Assembly (NCBI GenBank): GCA_964016885.1
Contig: OZ024745.1
Location: 87,730,001-87,794,000, forward strand
From: Eledone cirrhosa
Taxonomy: Eukaryota
Direction: 5' to 3'
DNA: 64,000 nt
Below the pieces are notes generated by a model. It worked only from the letters and a program-made list of their open reading frames with translations. It was not told the origin of the DNA and ran no database searches. The position numbers and the translations under genes were made by a program. Shown here in pieces: positions 25,560-41,306 of this stretch (its first letter is position 1; every line of letters starts with the position of its first letter).

Positions 25560-28530
25560 TATTAAATAAATGGAAACTATATTGATAAAACCATATTTAT
25601 TTTATTATATATATTTCCAGGGTAACCAAGACAACATTGGTACGCTTTCATCAGATAAAATACAAAGTTTGTTTTATAAATAGAGACATACCAATGAAAA
25701 TCATACCTTATCGGTAGGAAATTCACTGTATAGTGTAAATATATTAGGGATTATTCAAACTTATGTGTGAATATGCAAATGAATATGTAAATAATTGAAA
25801 AACAACCGTTTATTTAAATGACACTGGTGAAAGAGAGAAAAACATTAGTGGATAAAGATAAAAAATATTACGAGAGAGATAGAGAGAAGAAATTAACAAA
25901 AGGATGAATAAAACTCATATACCGTTAATTTGGGGGAAAATATCTAGTAGTACGTGTATTTACGATTAATTAGTTGTTTAAAATTCTTTTCTAATATAAT
26001 ATTTTCTGTTATAAGTAGATAGAAAAATAAATATATAGAAAAATCAATAGATAGAAAAATAGATAGAAAATAAATAAATAAATAGATAAATAAATGAATA
26101 TATGTGTATATAATGTTATAGATAATTGTTTTAATGAGTTATGGGGGATGCTGGTTTTGTATTTAATGTAAGTAAATATCAAGTTAAATTAAATTAAGCT
26201 AACTGAGTTAATAAGAATATTTATATTCATATATTTTAAAATGGGAAGATACGGAAAAAACTCCAGTATTGTTTATTTATTCGTTATTATGAGACTATTT
26301 TGTCAACATAAGTATAAATGTTAAAGATATATTTAGCCAGGATTAGTTAGTGTTTATAAATCTAATAAAAGATATTGAAAAAATATTAAAAATTCGAGAA
26401 AACCTTTTAAAAAATAATTTATAAGAGATAAGTAATTTTTTAAAAATAAGTAATTTTTAAAAATAGATAAAAAATTAAAGAAATAAAATAAATAATTAAA
26501 AATTAAAAATTATTAAGATTAAAATTAAAATTAAAATTAAAATTAAAATTAAAATTAAAATTAAAATTAAAATTAAAATTTTAAAAATTGGAATTATATA
26601 TATATATATTTTATGAAACTTTAAGAAGTGAAATTATAGCAAATGTTATAGATATGATTTAGCGATATCAATATATTAAAACCAAGTGGATAAGATTGTT
26701 ATGGAAATAAGTAGAAATATTATAAGTGTAATTATAATTTATATATAGTTCTAAATGTTGAATTTAGGCGATGTATACAAGACATACTATAAAACTATCT
26801 TACTCTACTACTATGAACATAGCACAAAATATAAATAGAATCAATAATATAACTTTAAACCCTAACCCAAATAACCAAAATAACAGTAATATCTCTAGCA
26901 ATATCCAACATAATAGTACCGTTCTGAATAACAACAACTCCGCAAAATGTAACAGTAGAATTAAATTAAATTGTCCTTTACAAAATATGTGTTTAGATAA
27001 GGACATGGTCTATAAATGTACAGTGAAAACCAGTGATAATATATTTAACTATGTAGGTGCAACTTCTACAGAATTTAAAAATCGCTGGAATAATCACAAA
27101 TGCTCTTTCCAAAGAATTGATAAAAAAATCTTCAACTTCTCTTTCAAACCTGATATGGAACTTAAAATGCAAAAATATGGACTATTCTTTAACTTGGGAA
27201 ATAATTTCGGGTACCAGCATACTGAAACACAGCTTTATCTAGATTCTGCAAATTGTGTGTTGAGGCAATTTGTTTCATACTTAAATGTAAGAACTCTATT
27301 AATATAAGGACGAATTTATTTAGTTCTTGTAGACATCGCCTAAATTCAACATTTAGAACTATATATAAATTATAATTACACTTATAATATTTCTACTTAT
27401 TTCCATAACAATCTTATCCTCTTGGTTTTAATATATTGATATTTCTAAATCATATCGATAACATTTGCTATAATTTCAATTCTTAAAGTTTCATAAAATA
27501 TATACATATATAATTCCAATTTTTTAAATTTTGATTTTAATTTTAATTTTAATTTTAATTTTAATTTTAATTTTAATCTTAATAATTTTTAATTTTTAAT
27601 TATTTACTTTTAATTCTTTAATTTTTTATCTATTTTTAAAAATTAGTTATCTCTTATATATATAGATTTTTTTAATTTTCTCGAATTTTTTATATTTGCT
27701 GGAATGTTTTATATTTTTTCAATATCTTTTATTAGATTTATAAACACTAACTAATTCTGACTAAATATATCTTTAACATTTATACTTATTTTGACAAACT
27801 TGTCTCATAATAACGAATAAATTAACAATGCTGGAGTTTTTTCCATATCTTCCCATTTTAAAATATATAAATATAAATATTCTTATTAACGCAGTTAACT
27901 TAATTTAATTTAACTTAATATTTACTTACATTAAATACAAAACCAATATCCCCATAACTCATTAAAACAATTATCTATAACATGATATACCCATCTATTC
28001 ATTTATTTATCTATTTATCTATTTATCTATTTAATTATTTATCTATTTATTTATTTATTTTCTATCTATTTTTCTATCTATTGATTTTTCTATCTACTTA
28101 TAACAGAAAATATTATATTAGAAAGAATTTTAAACCACTAATTAATCGTAAATACACGTACTACTAGATATATTTCCCCCAAATTAACGGTATATGAGTT
28201 TTATTCCTCTTCTTGTTAATTTCTTCTCTCTATATTTCTCTTGTAATATTTTTTTTATCTTTCACCAGTGTCATTTAAATAAACGGTTGTTTTTCAATTA
28301 TTTACATATTCATTTGCATATTCACACATAAGTTTGAATAATCCCAAATATATTTCCACTGTCCAGTGAATTTCCAACCGATAAGGTATGATTTTCATGG
28401 GTATGTCTCTATTTATAAAACAAACTTTGTATTTTATCTGATGAAAGCGTACCAATGTTGTCTTGGTTACCCTCGAAATATATATAATAAAATAAATATG
28501 GTTTTATAAATATAGTTTCCATTTATTTAA

Positions 28531-28535
<5 letters not shown>
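25560..28535 (+). mobile_element. Naiad 3' fragment flanked by ~1.2-kb inverted pLTR/3' UTR copies
   Basis: 26771-27360 encodes TIKLSYST..CPLQNMC..MVYKC..YVGAT. 25560-26772 is the reverse complement of 27333-28535. Confidence 0.88.
28432..28492 (+). ncRNA. Minimal type I hammerhead (ATAT stem III loop family)
   Basis: TTTTAT-CTGATGA-..GTACCAA..TTGGTTAC..-GAAAT-ATAT-ATA-ATAAAA. Minus copies near 21458-21513, 25600-25660, 35235-35291 and 39682-39742 have differing stem II sequences. Confidence 0.8.
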
Positions 28536-28573
<38 letters not shown>

Positions 28574-28578
28574 TCACT

Positions 28579-28713
<135 letters not shown>

Positions 28714-28776
28714 ATACATATATATATACATATACATATATATATAAATATATATATATATACACATATAACTATA

Positions 28777-28855
<79 letters not shown>

Positions 28856-28857
28856 AA

Positions 28858-28894
<37 letters not shown>

Positions 28895-28904
28895 TATGTA
28901 AATC

Positions 28905-31900
28905 AAGAAAGAAGAGTGACATGATTTGCTATACAATAAGAGCTTTATTCACATTGCTGACAATTGTTTCTCTGAACTGGTAGGTCTAGAGATCGCTACC
29001 CGCCTGTTTTTGCGTCAATCGATCACCAATACTTTGTTATAAGCAGTCAATTTATCTGAGCATGCGAGAATGAAGGAAATACACAGGCGTGGCTTCTATA
29101 TATAGTAGTGGCATTAAATCAGAACAATAATAACAATACTCAAATAAATTAGCTAGACCGTAAATAGTTAAAATAATCACAACATCAATCTAAATAAGAC
29201 ATAGAGTATACTGATGACTTTAGCATGTAAAACGAGCTGATACGAAGCAGATGTATGAAATTGACATGTAAAAGCTGTCATGGGGTATATTATATATAGT
29301 GTAGAGTTAACCTGGGGCTTGAAACAATGGACCATTTACTTTACTGTAGGTTGGCTGACCGTAAGATTTATTTATTATCTGACAGATAAAATATTTCCAT
29401 TGTAGTGAGGATGGTAATTTTTTCCGTGGTGTAAAGCGGGTTCATTATTTAAGTGGTCTATATTAGATGAAGGCATTGTTAGTTCGAATCATGGGGTTGT
29501 TTAGCTTTCACAGCATCAATAACAAATCATGCATGGATAAGACAACAATAACAGCAATATAGGTGGTAAGTTAATACAGAGGTTAAGGAAGCAAGGTATA
29601 TATAGAGAGAACATGATGAATACTATTACGGATACATTGGGGTGTTCATTATAACAGCAGAAGGAAGGTGATATGTCAAGGACTGTGGTAGTAGTCAAAT
29701 AATGTACTTAGAATTAAGTTCATCTGTTGAAAATCAAGAGTGGGGAGGTTGTGTTGACAGCAGCCGGGAAGAGATATATTTATGGGTTGATAAGATATGT
29801 GCAGACATTACTGTGGTATAGAATTAAGGAGGCTGAAAGCTGCTTAAAGAATATTATAGTTCTGTGGTGGTCTGTGTGAGAGTGCGGATTTCATGTGTTG
29901 AATGCTAAGTTATGTTGGTTCGAATCACGGTGGCTTAAATCTTATGAATTTAGTAGCGATCCTGTGTCTGCAGAAAATTGACCTTTCTATCTTGTTGTTG
30001 AGTAGCCTTTTATCGTTCCTAAGGATATACAGTAATTCAAGGTCGCAGAGCCTACAATAGGACATATCGGTACTATATGCCCTTGCGGCCGACAACCTCG
30101 ACCAGTTGATATTGTAATCGATGTTTTTGTCCTTAAGTTCCCAGATGTTTTTGGCGAGGGCTGTAGAACCTGTTAGTGCACGGTTCTTCATCGAATGTCT
30201 GTGCACATACCATCTTTTTTTAAACGTACGCGCGGTGGATCCAATGTAATGCCAAGTGGAGTTGCCCGAGTTCACCGTACACATGTACACTAGGCTCGAA
30301 TCAAGGCACCTGTTCGCCAATGGGCACCTATCTGGTAAGTGACAATTGCAGTTTGAGGTGTTATTCCGTGCAGCTTCCACACCGCTGTTTTGTACACTGC
30401 TATAAGTGGGTTGTGATTCATGCCCGTTGAGGTTTTGCTGCGGCGTGCTCGTATGCGTTTGCAGTTGTGATACTGTGATGTGTTTATGTTTATAATTTGG
30501 TGCTATGTTGCGCATAGGTGGGGTGGTTTCCCTAGAGGTATTTCAATGGTTGATCTTGCGTATGTGGGTTTCTATATTTGCAGCCGTAGAGTATGAGAGT
30601 TTTATAGTTTTTCTATTGAGGATTTTATGATATAGGGAAGTGTTTATCTATTAGTTTAAAAAACGTAGAAGGCAGTCTAGTTTTTACAGAGAAGTTGAAG
30701 ATTGGATTAAACCACAGGTATTTTCTTTCTCTAATTCTTCCATAGTTTCTAGGGTTTACATTATTCATGTTTGGACCATCTACTCTAGGCGCTATTTGCC
30801 TACATCTATGTCTAGTCCTGTTACCTCTGTTTTGTGTGAGCGGTTGGTGTCAGTGGGTTTGTTTGAGTTGTCCTTATCCGTTATAAACTGCAGCTTTTCT
30901 TTGTGTCCGGACCTATGTAATGCCGTGTTATAATAATTAGCATGCTTATTAAAAATTTCTAGGTTTGAGGATAAGCGGGATATTCTAAGGGATATACTAC
31001 GTGCTATGGAACTGATTATGGATCGGGGGTGGTTTGAATTATTACTAATGTAGGCCAGATTCTCATTAATTTTGTGGAAGGGTTCTATTAATCCCGTATT
31101 CAGATTTAGAGTCACATCTAGAAAGTCTGCCTGTTTATGATTCAGTTCGTAGGTAATACTTAGGCCTAGTTTTTTTAAGAATGTTCTAATGTTTTTTCTT
31201 AATCTTTCTATGCTCTGGTTATTTAAGTTCCTAGCTATAAAGAGCGTGTCATCTCTATAAATCCCTCCTTGGAGGTTACTGAATTCTTTATGTAGGATGT
31301 GTGCTATAAATAACCCCACGGCCTCAGTGATTTGCGCTGAATCGTTCGATCCCATTGTAATATCGAAGCTGTTTATCCTACCTTTTCTTATCCAATAGCT
31401 ATTTTCAAATGTTATGATAGTCCTTCTAGCAGCTAGTATTATTTCAATTTCATCAGGGGTAAGATCGGAGTTATTTTGGGCAAATATAAGTGCTTTATCT
31501 AGGGTGGCTGTGGACATGGATGCATAGTAATCGTTTATATCAAATTGTATGAAATTACATGCTTATCTATTTCCTATTTTACTGAACCATTCAATCACTT
31601 CGTTAGTGTTACCCCATAAACTGATTTCTAGTTTTCACTTTATTTGTGCGATTACCCTATCTAGAATATTCTTGCTAATTTTACCTATATCTGACTTAGA
31701 TGGGCATATTAATCTGATAGTAGGATTTGCTTCAAAATTATTTTTGTGACCCTTAAGGTTAAATGTGGGGTTGCATGGGGTTAGAGGTACGGTTCTATCG
31801 GATATTCCGAGTTTATTTACTATCCTAAGACTCTCCTTGTTAATGCTGGTGAGTGTGGATTCATTTGTCTTTTTGTATTTTTTGTGTAGTTCACGCTGAA

Positions 31901-32390
31901 TGAATTTATTGTATGTGTTAAGGTCCATAGAATATATGTTTGATGTTTTGTCTGCCTTTACTATGATACCGTTGGTGTCTGTTAGTTTTTTGAGTAGTGT
32001 ATTGATGTCATTTTGTAATTTGTTGTGGTGTGTTCTTTTATAGAATTTAGTTCCACTTATCATATTCATAATGGTTATAACATAGTATTGGTGATCGATT
32101 GACGCAAAAACAGGCGGGAAGCGATCTCTAGACCTACCAGTTCAGAGAAACAATTGTCAGCAATGTGAATAAAGCCCTTATTGTATAGCAAACCATGTCA
32201 CTCTTCTTTCTTGATTTATTATTAGTCAAGGTGTAAACTACATAGAAATCACCGCGTACTCGCAACATCACTATGGAAACGTCTTGTTGAGTCAAACACA
32301 GCCAAGCGTTAATACTATTCACTACTCGGAGTACCCTAACTGGACTACATCTAAGCGGACCACCTATAAAAATAATTTCTTATCCGTATA
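28905..32390 (-). mobile_element. Naiad-type PLE, decayed, with inverted partial pLTR (32072-32390)
   Basis: ADKTSNIY, IRLICPSKSDIG, FDITMGSNDSAQ, GGIYRDD, CNCHLPDRCPL..LVYMC..YIGST. Degenerate HHR (CAGATAA core, GAAACAATTGTC) at 28955-29062. Confidence 0.9.
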
Positions 32391-32522
32391 TATATATATA
32401 TATATATAGTTTAGCTCTAGTTTTTCTTAACTATTGGAGTGGTTGCCAGCATTTCTACGATTTCGCGTTTCGTTTCGCCTTTTCTACCAGCCGAAATACG
32501 ATTCTCGCTGAATTTATAGTTA

Positions 32523-32590
<68 letters not shown>

Positions 32591-33434
32591 TTATTAGAAA
32601 TGTTAGCTATCGCCATATTTTGACTAAAGAAATTAAAGAAATTATTTAGACTGATAGTGGGGTTAAGAACCCTCGGAGAAAAGGAAAAAGATGAGTATTG
32701 ACGTACATATATTAGAAAAAACAAAATTTCGCTCTACATGGCTGAATACAATAAATGTAATCTGGGTTTTTCGAATATTAATAATAACATTCGATTCGTT
32801 TGCCAACACAAGAGCAACAATGAAGTGTTCATTCTACTGACATGGCTATAAAATTGAGGCTTGTTTACAAAATTGCAACCGAATCGAACGTTGTTATTAA
32901 TATTCGAAAAACTCAGATTACATTTATTGTATTCAGCCATGTAAAGCGAACTTTTCTTTTTTATGGAATTTGGCAAAGCCGGCCATTTATCGCTAATATA
33001 CAGGAAACTGACTGGCCAGTCTGCTGATATACAAATCTGGCTGATCATTGGATCTTCTAATATGCAGATCTGACTGATCAGCCAGTCTGCTAATAATCAA
33101 ATCAGGCCGATCAGTCACTGTGTATTTTTGAAAATAGCATATATTTTCACTAGGTCTGACAGTTTAGCAGGTTAACAGTGAGCAGTAATGATGAAGGGTG
33201 ATACCCAGCAACTGTCTGCAGTTCTGTTCCCATGCCAACACAAGAGCAAGAATGAAGTGTTCATTCTACTGACAAGGCTATAAAGTTGAGGCTTGTTTGC
33301 AAAATTGCAAACGAATCGATGTTTTTGCCTTTCATCCTTATGGTGTCGATAAAATAAAGTACCAGTAATACACTGTGTAATTGCTGGCCTTGTGCCAAAA
33401 GTAGAAACAATTATTAATATTCCATTACATTTAT

Positions 33435-33464
<30 letters not shown>

Positions 33465-33465
<1 letters not shown>

Positions 33466-34718
33466 GGGCGGGTAAAATTTCCGAGATCCATGGACGAGTT
33501 CTCTCCAGCGGTCTCTGTCCTTCATTATCGCTGCCATGTCCAGCGTCTCCAACAGACCAGTGTCTGTCCTAATCGCATCAACATACGTTAACCTTGGTCT
33601 TCCTCTTCCAGTGTGCCAATATAGGGGCTACCACAGGAGCACTGAGTGCAATGTCAACTCTGGATGCCGGTGAGCATGTCCAGCTAACCTCAGTCTCCTC
33701 TGTGTTACTTTTGAGCTGAATTTTGGGACGCTGAGCTCTGAGTTTTTCATCCTCAGTGTATACTGTTTAATATTCAGAGCCATCCTCAGCATTCTTGTGT
33801 AGCACCCTTCCACCATCTGAGTGAGTTTCTTGGTCTGTGTCCAAGTCTCAAACCCGTACAGCAGCACAGACTCCACTAAAGCAATGTCAACTCTGGATGC
33901 CGATGAGCATGTCCAGCTAACCTCAGTCTCCTCTGTGTCACTTTTGAGCTGACTTTTGGGAGGCTCCCATACAGCTCTGAGTTTTTCATCCTCAGTGTAT
34001 ACTGTTTAATGTTCAGAGCCATCCTCAGTATTCTTATGTGGCACCATCCACCATCTGAGTGAGTTTCTTGGTCAGTATCCAAGTCTCAGACCCGTACAGC
34101 AGCACAGACTCCACTACAGCAATGAAGAGGCGGATTTTCAAGTCTTTACGTAGGTCCGACTTCCACATCGACCTCAAGCTGTGGCACGCCGCCCAGGCTT
34201 TTCTCTTCCTCTCAACCACATCATCTTCCGTATTTCCAATTTTTGTTTACAGGCTTATGGAATCCCCAAGAAGATAGTGGACCTGATATCACTGCTCTAC
34301 ACCAACACCAAAGCCCAAGTCATTACACCTGATGGGATGACAGAGTTCTTTGAGATACTGGCTGGGGTGCTCCACGGAGATACATTGGCTCCCTACCTTT
34401 TTATCATCGTAGTGGACTATTGTATGCGCCTTGCACTGGAGAAATACCAGGACTCTGACTTTACTGTAGCACCGGCTCAGAGCAGGAGAGTTAAGACGAA
34501 AAAGATATCGGATGATGAATTTGCCGACGACATAGTTTTGGTGACAAATACAGTGAAGGGGGCAGAGGATTTGATGCAGGAAGTTGAGACTGTGTCGATG
34601 AGTGTGAGCTGAGAAATGTATGAGACTAAAACAAAATATCTGGTAGAGAATTTTGAGAAGCTAGAGGGGATCACTAATGTAGGCGGGAAGCCACAAGAAT
34701 TGGTTGAGGACTTCCTGT
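33465..34718. mobile_element. Rearranged RTE fragment (internal duplication plus inversion)
   Basis: Minus 33465-34245 contains two copies of the VLLYG..HPELTL segment. Plus 34245-34718 encodes QAYGIP..QGD-like..FADD. Confidence 0.9.
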
Positions 34719-34729
34719 ATATATATTTT

Positions 34730-35090
34730 TTTAAATAACAGATTAAAGTTTAAGCATCGCTACTTTCACCCTTAACGGGATCTTCTGAAACTAAAAAAAT
34801 CAATCTGTTAACGCAGAAGTAAATATTTCGAAAAACGTTCCAACCGAAGAAGTACAGGAAGACGATACTTTAGTTCGTGGAAACGTTCCCGTGCAAAGAA
34901 CGAAAATAAAACGAAGATAATACGTCATTATTTAGAGCGGTGAAAACAATTACACGCAAAGACAAAACCACGTTCATGATATAAATGAAGTCGTAGACTA
35001 ATATTCTATTAGGTGGTTTGTGGAGACGTTCGCTGGCAATGAACGGAAAAAACGAAGATAATACGTCATTATGTGGAGCGGTGACAACAA
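34730..35090 (-). repeat. Repeat family with internal subrepeats and a terminal hammerhead-like motif
   Basis: Homologous to 61644-62075; the end motif recurs at 36367-36413 and 43468-43494. Confidence 0.6.
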
Positions 35091-36472
35091 TATATAAGCA
35101 AAGGGATATTTAATTTGTTGGTAATTCAACAAATATATATTTATTTATAACTAATTCGAAGCACTCGACAGATTTTCTGGAGCATAATATGAATGATATT
35201 AATAAATGGAAACTATATTTATAAAACCATATTTATTCTATTATATATATTTTAAGGGTACCAAAACTTTGGAATGCTCTCATCAGATAACATACATAGT
35301 TTGTTTTACAAATATTGACATATCCAGGCACGAGATCTTAACGGTTCAAGTTTTACCTGGATAGTCAAAGGAAAAATTGGAAAGAGACGAAAAATCAAAT
35401 ATTTAAAATTATTAAGATGAATATGCAAAAGAGGTTGAGGTATCGGGCTGAAAAAGTCGTTATTTTTAGACGCTATGTAGATTTAAATAATTATTAAGAT
35501 ACATGTATATATATATATGTGTGTAGGAAGAGGAAAGAGAAAGAAATAAATCTTTTATTTACGTGAATTTAAAAAGATTGAAATGTTAAGAATTAATAGT
35601 TTGTTGGCATGGTGGAATATGATTCCAGAATAAATAAAAATATTTAGCTAAATTATGAGTTATAATATTATATATATAATCAATTCGATTATATGAAGAA
35701 TTATGGTTGTAAGTACATTTTATCTTATTATATTGCAATAGGTTGTAAGTATAAATATCTATATAGATTAATAAGTGTATAAATAAAGTATATAAATAAA
35801 GTATTATTGGTGATTATATAGATATAAAAACACACGTATTAACTGTTTACACTTCTAATACGAGTTACGAAGGATGTTGATTTTACATTTTACATATATA
35901 TTTAAGAAAAAGGCGTAGTTCAAATTATAAGAGAAGAACAATTTGTAGATTCAAATATTTTCATCCAACATTGAAAATATTTTCTGAACATTATTAATTT
36001 AGCGAAATTACATAATTTATCATACAAGTTATTTTGTCTATGTTTGCTCAATTGTAAAGGAAAAGATAACTCCAATATTATTTGTTAAACTATTAGATTT
36101 AATGAATAATTTTCTTAGAAAATTCGGAAAGTATGTAGAGGAAATTATATATTATTTTCTGTGAGATTATAAGGTGTCTTATGTTAAATGTTTTCAAGGA
36201 TGAGAATTTCAATTATATATTATCTACGTCGAAAGATGTGTGAGAAGTTTGAAGATTAAAGAGAGGAAAAATGTATTATTATATAAGTCGAGAGTACATT
36301 TAGAAGAACTTTCGTAAAGAGGATATATTTCAGAGGGTTCGATAAGGATAGATATCTATCAAATATAAGGGTGAAAGCTGCGATTCTTTGCTTAAACTTT
36401 AATCTGTTATTTTAATATATATATATATATATATGCACATACCCACACATATATATATATATATACACACAT

Positions 36473-36545
<73 letters not shown>

Positions 36546-36709
36546 AAACATACACATACATGCCCATATACAGGTACATATGAACGCACGTACACATAAC
36601 GATATGCATACAAACGAACGGCCACTCATACAAATACATATATATATATTAGAAAGTGAGGTTTTTTTTACAAAATGAAAAATAACCGAGGTGTCCTACA
36701 CGAGTGAAA

Positions 36710-37109
36710 GTATAAAGAAAAAAAAATGAAATCGAAAATGCAACTGCAGTCTTATTTTTAAAAATATATCTATATTTATTTGGTTCCTTTACCGGTTTCG
36801 CAGTTCTTCTGCGTTTCAAAAGTAGAGTTGAGATGGTGGGTGTGTGGTTTTTCTCACATCTGGTTGGTCTCTGAATGTTACTTGTTTTATATGGAAAAAG
36901 TGGCTCGAAATGCCATTTCGAGCCACTTTTTCCATATAAAACAAGTAACATTCACAGACCAACCACATGTGAGAAAAACCACAGACCCTCCATCTCAACT
37001 CTACTTTTGAAACGCAGAAGAACTGCGAAACCGGTAAAGGAACCAAATAAATATAGATATTTTTTTTAAAAATAAGACTTCAGTTGCATTTTCGATTTCA
37101 TCTTTTTTT

Positions 37110-37116
<7 letters not shown>
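36710..37116. repeat. ~400-bp near-perfect palindrome
   Basis: Centre GTGGCTCGAAAT-GCC-ATTTCGAGCCAC at ~36913. Confidence 0.95.
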
Positions 37117-37165
<49 letters not shown>

Positions 37166-37167
37166 AG

Positions 37168-39566
<2,399 letters not shown>

Positions 39567-41306
39567 GTAGAATTTATATTTAAATTGTTGGGATTCCAAC
39601 AAACATAAATGTGTATAACTGATATAGAGCACTCAACAGATGCCGGAGTAAATGGAAACTATATTTATAAAACCATAATCATTTTATTATATATATTTCA
39701 AGGACGACCAAGCCCATCTAGGTTCGCCTTCATCAGATAAAATACAAAATTTTTTTTAGAAATAGTGACATAACCATGGAAAACAACCTTGACGGTTGAA
39801 AATTCGCTGGATAGTGAGAATTTATTATGGGTAATTCAAAGCTATGTGTGAATATGCAAATGAATGTCAGAAAAATTGAAAAAACAACCGTTTATTTAAA
39901 TTACGCTGTGGGAAGAAGAGAGAGGAGAGAGAGAGAGAAGTAAAATAATACTGTTAAGGGATATATGTAGAGATAGAGTGAAGAAAGAGAGAAGAAAGAA
40001 GGTTATCCTAGGATGAGCTCATATAACGTAAATAAGTCTTATGTTTATGTTACGTATATTTACTAATAATTGTTAGAATTCTATTATAATAATAATTTAT
40101 TCACTATAATAATTATATAGAAAATTAGATATATAGAAAAAATAAATATAAAGATATATGAGTTGATAGATGGGTATATCATGTTATAGATGATAAATTA
40201 TGAGGGATATTAGTTTATATTAAATTAAATTAAAGGCGGTGGATTGGCAGTATAGGTAGAGGGTCGGACGCCATGCTTTGAAGCATAGAGTTACCTCCCT
40301 TTATGATCTGAGTTCAAATCCCGCCGAGGTTAACTTTGTCTTTCATCCTTACGGGGTCGATTAAATAAAAGTACCAGTAATACACTGGGAAAATTGCTGA
40401 CCAAAAGTAGAAATAATTTAATAAAATTAAATTAAATGAGTTAATAAGATTACTTATATGTTTTTAATGTTTTACATTGGAAAAATATTGAAAAACCCAG
40501 TTTTGTTTATTTATTAGTTATTATGAGACAATTTTGACAAATATATGTTTATAGATATATTTAGCCAGAGTTAGGTATTGGTTATAACTCTAATATTAAA
40601 TAATTAAAAAATTAAAAATTATTAAAAGTATAAGAAAATATTAAAAATATTAAAATTATAAAATATTAAAAATTATAGACAAAATTCTTGAAAATTCCTG
40701 GAAAAACTTTCAAAGAGATTTTAAATTTAAAAAAAAAATATCTCAAAAAACCTCAGAAGATACTCAAACACCTTTTAAAAAACATTTAAAAAGTGTTTAA
40801 AATTAATTAAAAAACATAACATTATTCAGAAAATATAAAGAAATAATTGTTTCTACTTTTTGCACAAGGCAAGCAAATACTCAGTGCATTACTGTGTACA
40901 TTATTTTATCGACCCCGTAAGGATGAAAGGCAAAGTTAACCTTGGCAGGATTTGAACTCAGAATGGCAAGGGCCGTAATAATGCATCAAAGAAATAATAT
41001 TAAGAAATATTTAAAAATACTTTAAAATATTAAAAAATATTAGAAAAATATTATTAAAAAATATATTAAATATATTAAAAAATATTCCTCAGTGAAATAA
41101 CAACCCAACCAGGAACTGGGCATATCAGAGTATTGACAAAAGTATACACCTCAACAACATATCTAAACCACACTAATTCGGACTGAAGAGGTCACAGCCA
41201 AAGATGGCTGTCACCGAAATATATATATAGCAGTAATAAACAAAGCTAAATTTTAAACATTTGACTTTTTATTTTACTTTATTTTATATATATATATATA
41301 TATATA

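Noticed and set aside
26518-26580. (TTAAAA)n as a telomeric repeat
   Set aside because: It lies inside a PLE 3' UTR copy, mirrored at ~27530-27575, and is not G-rich.
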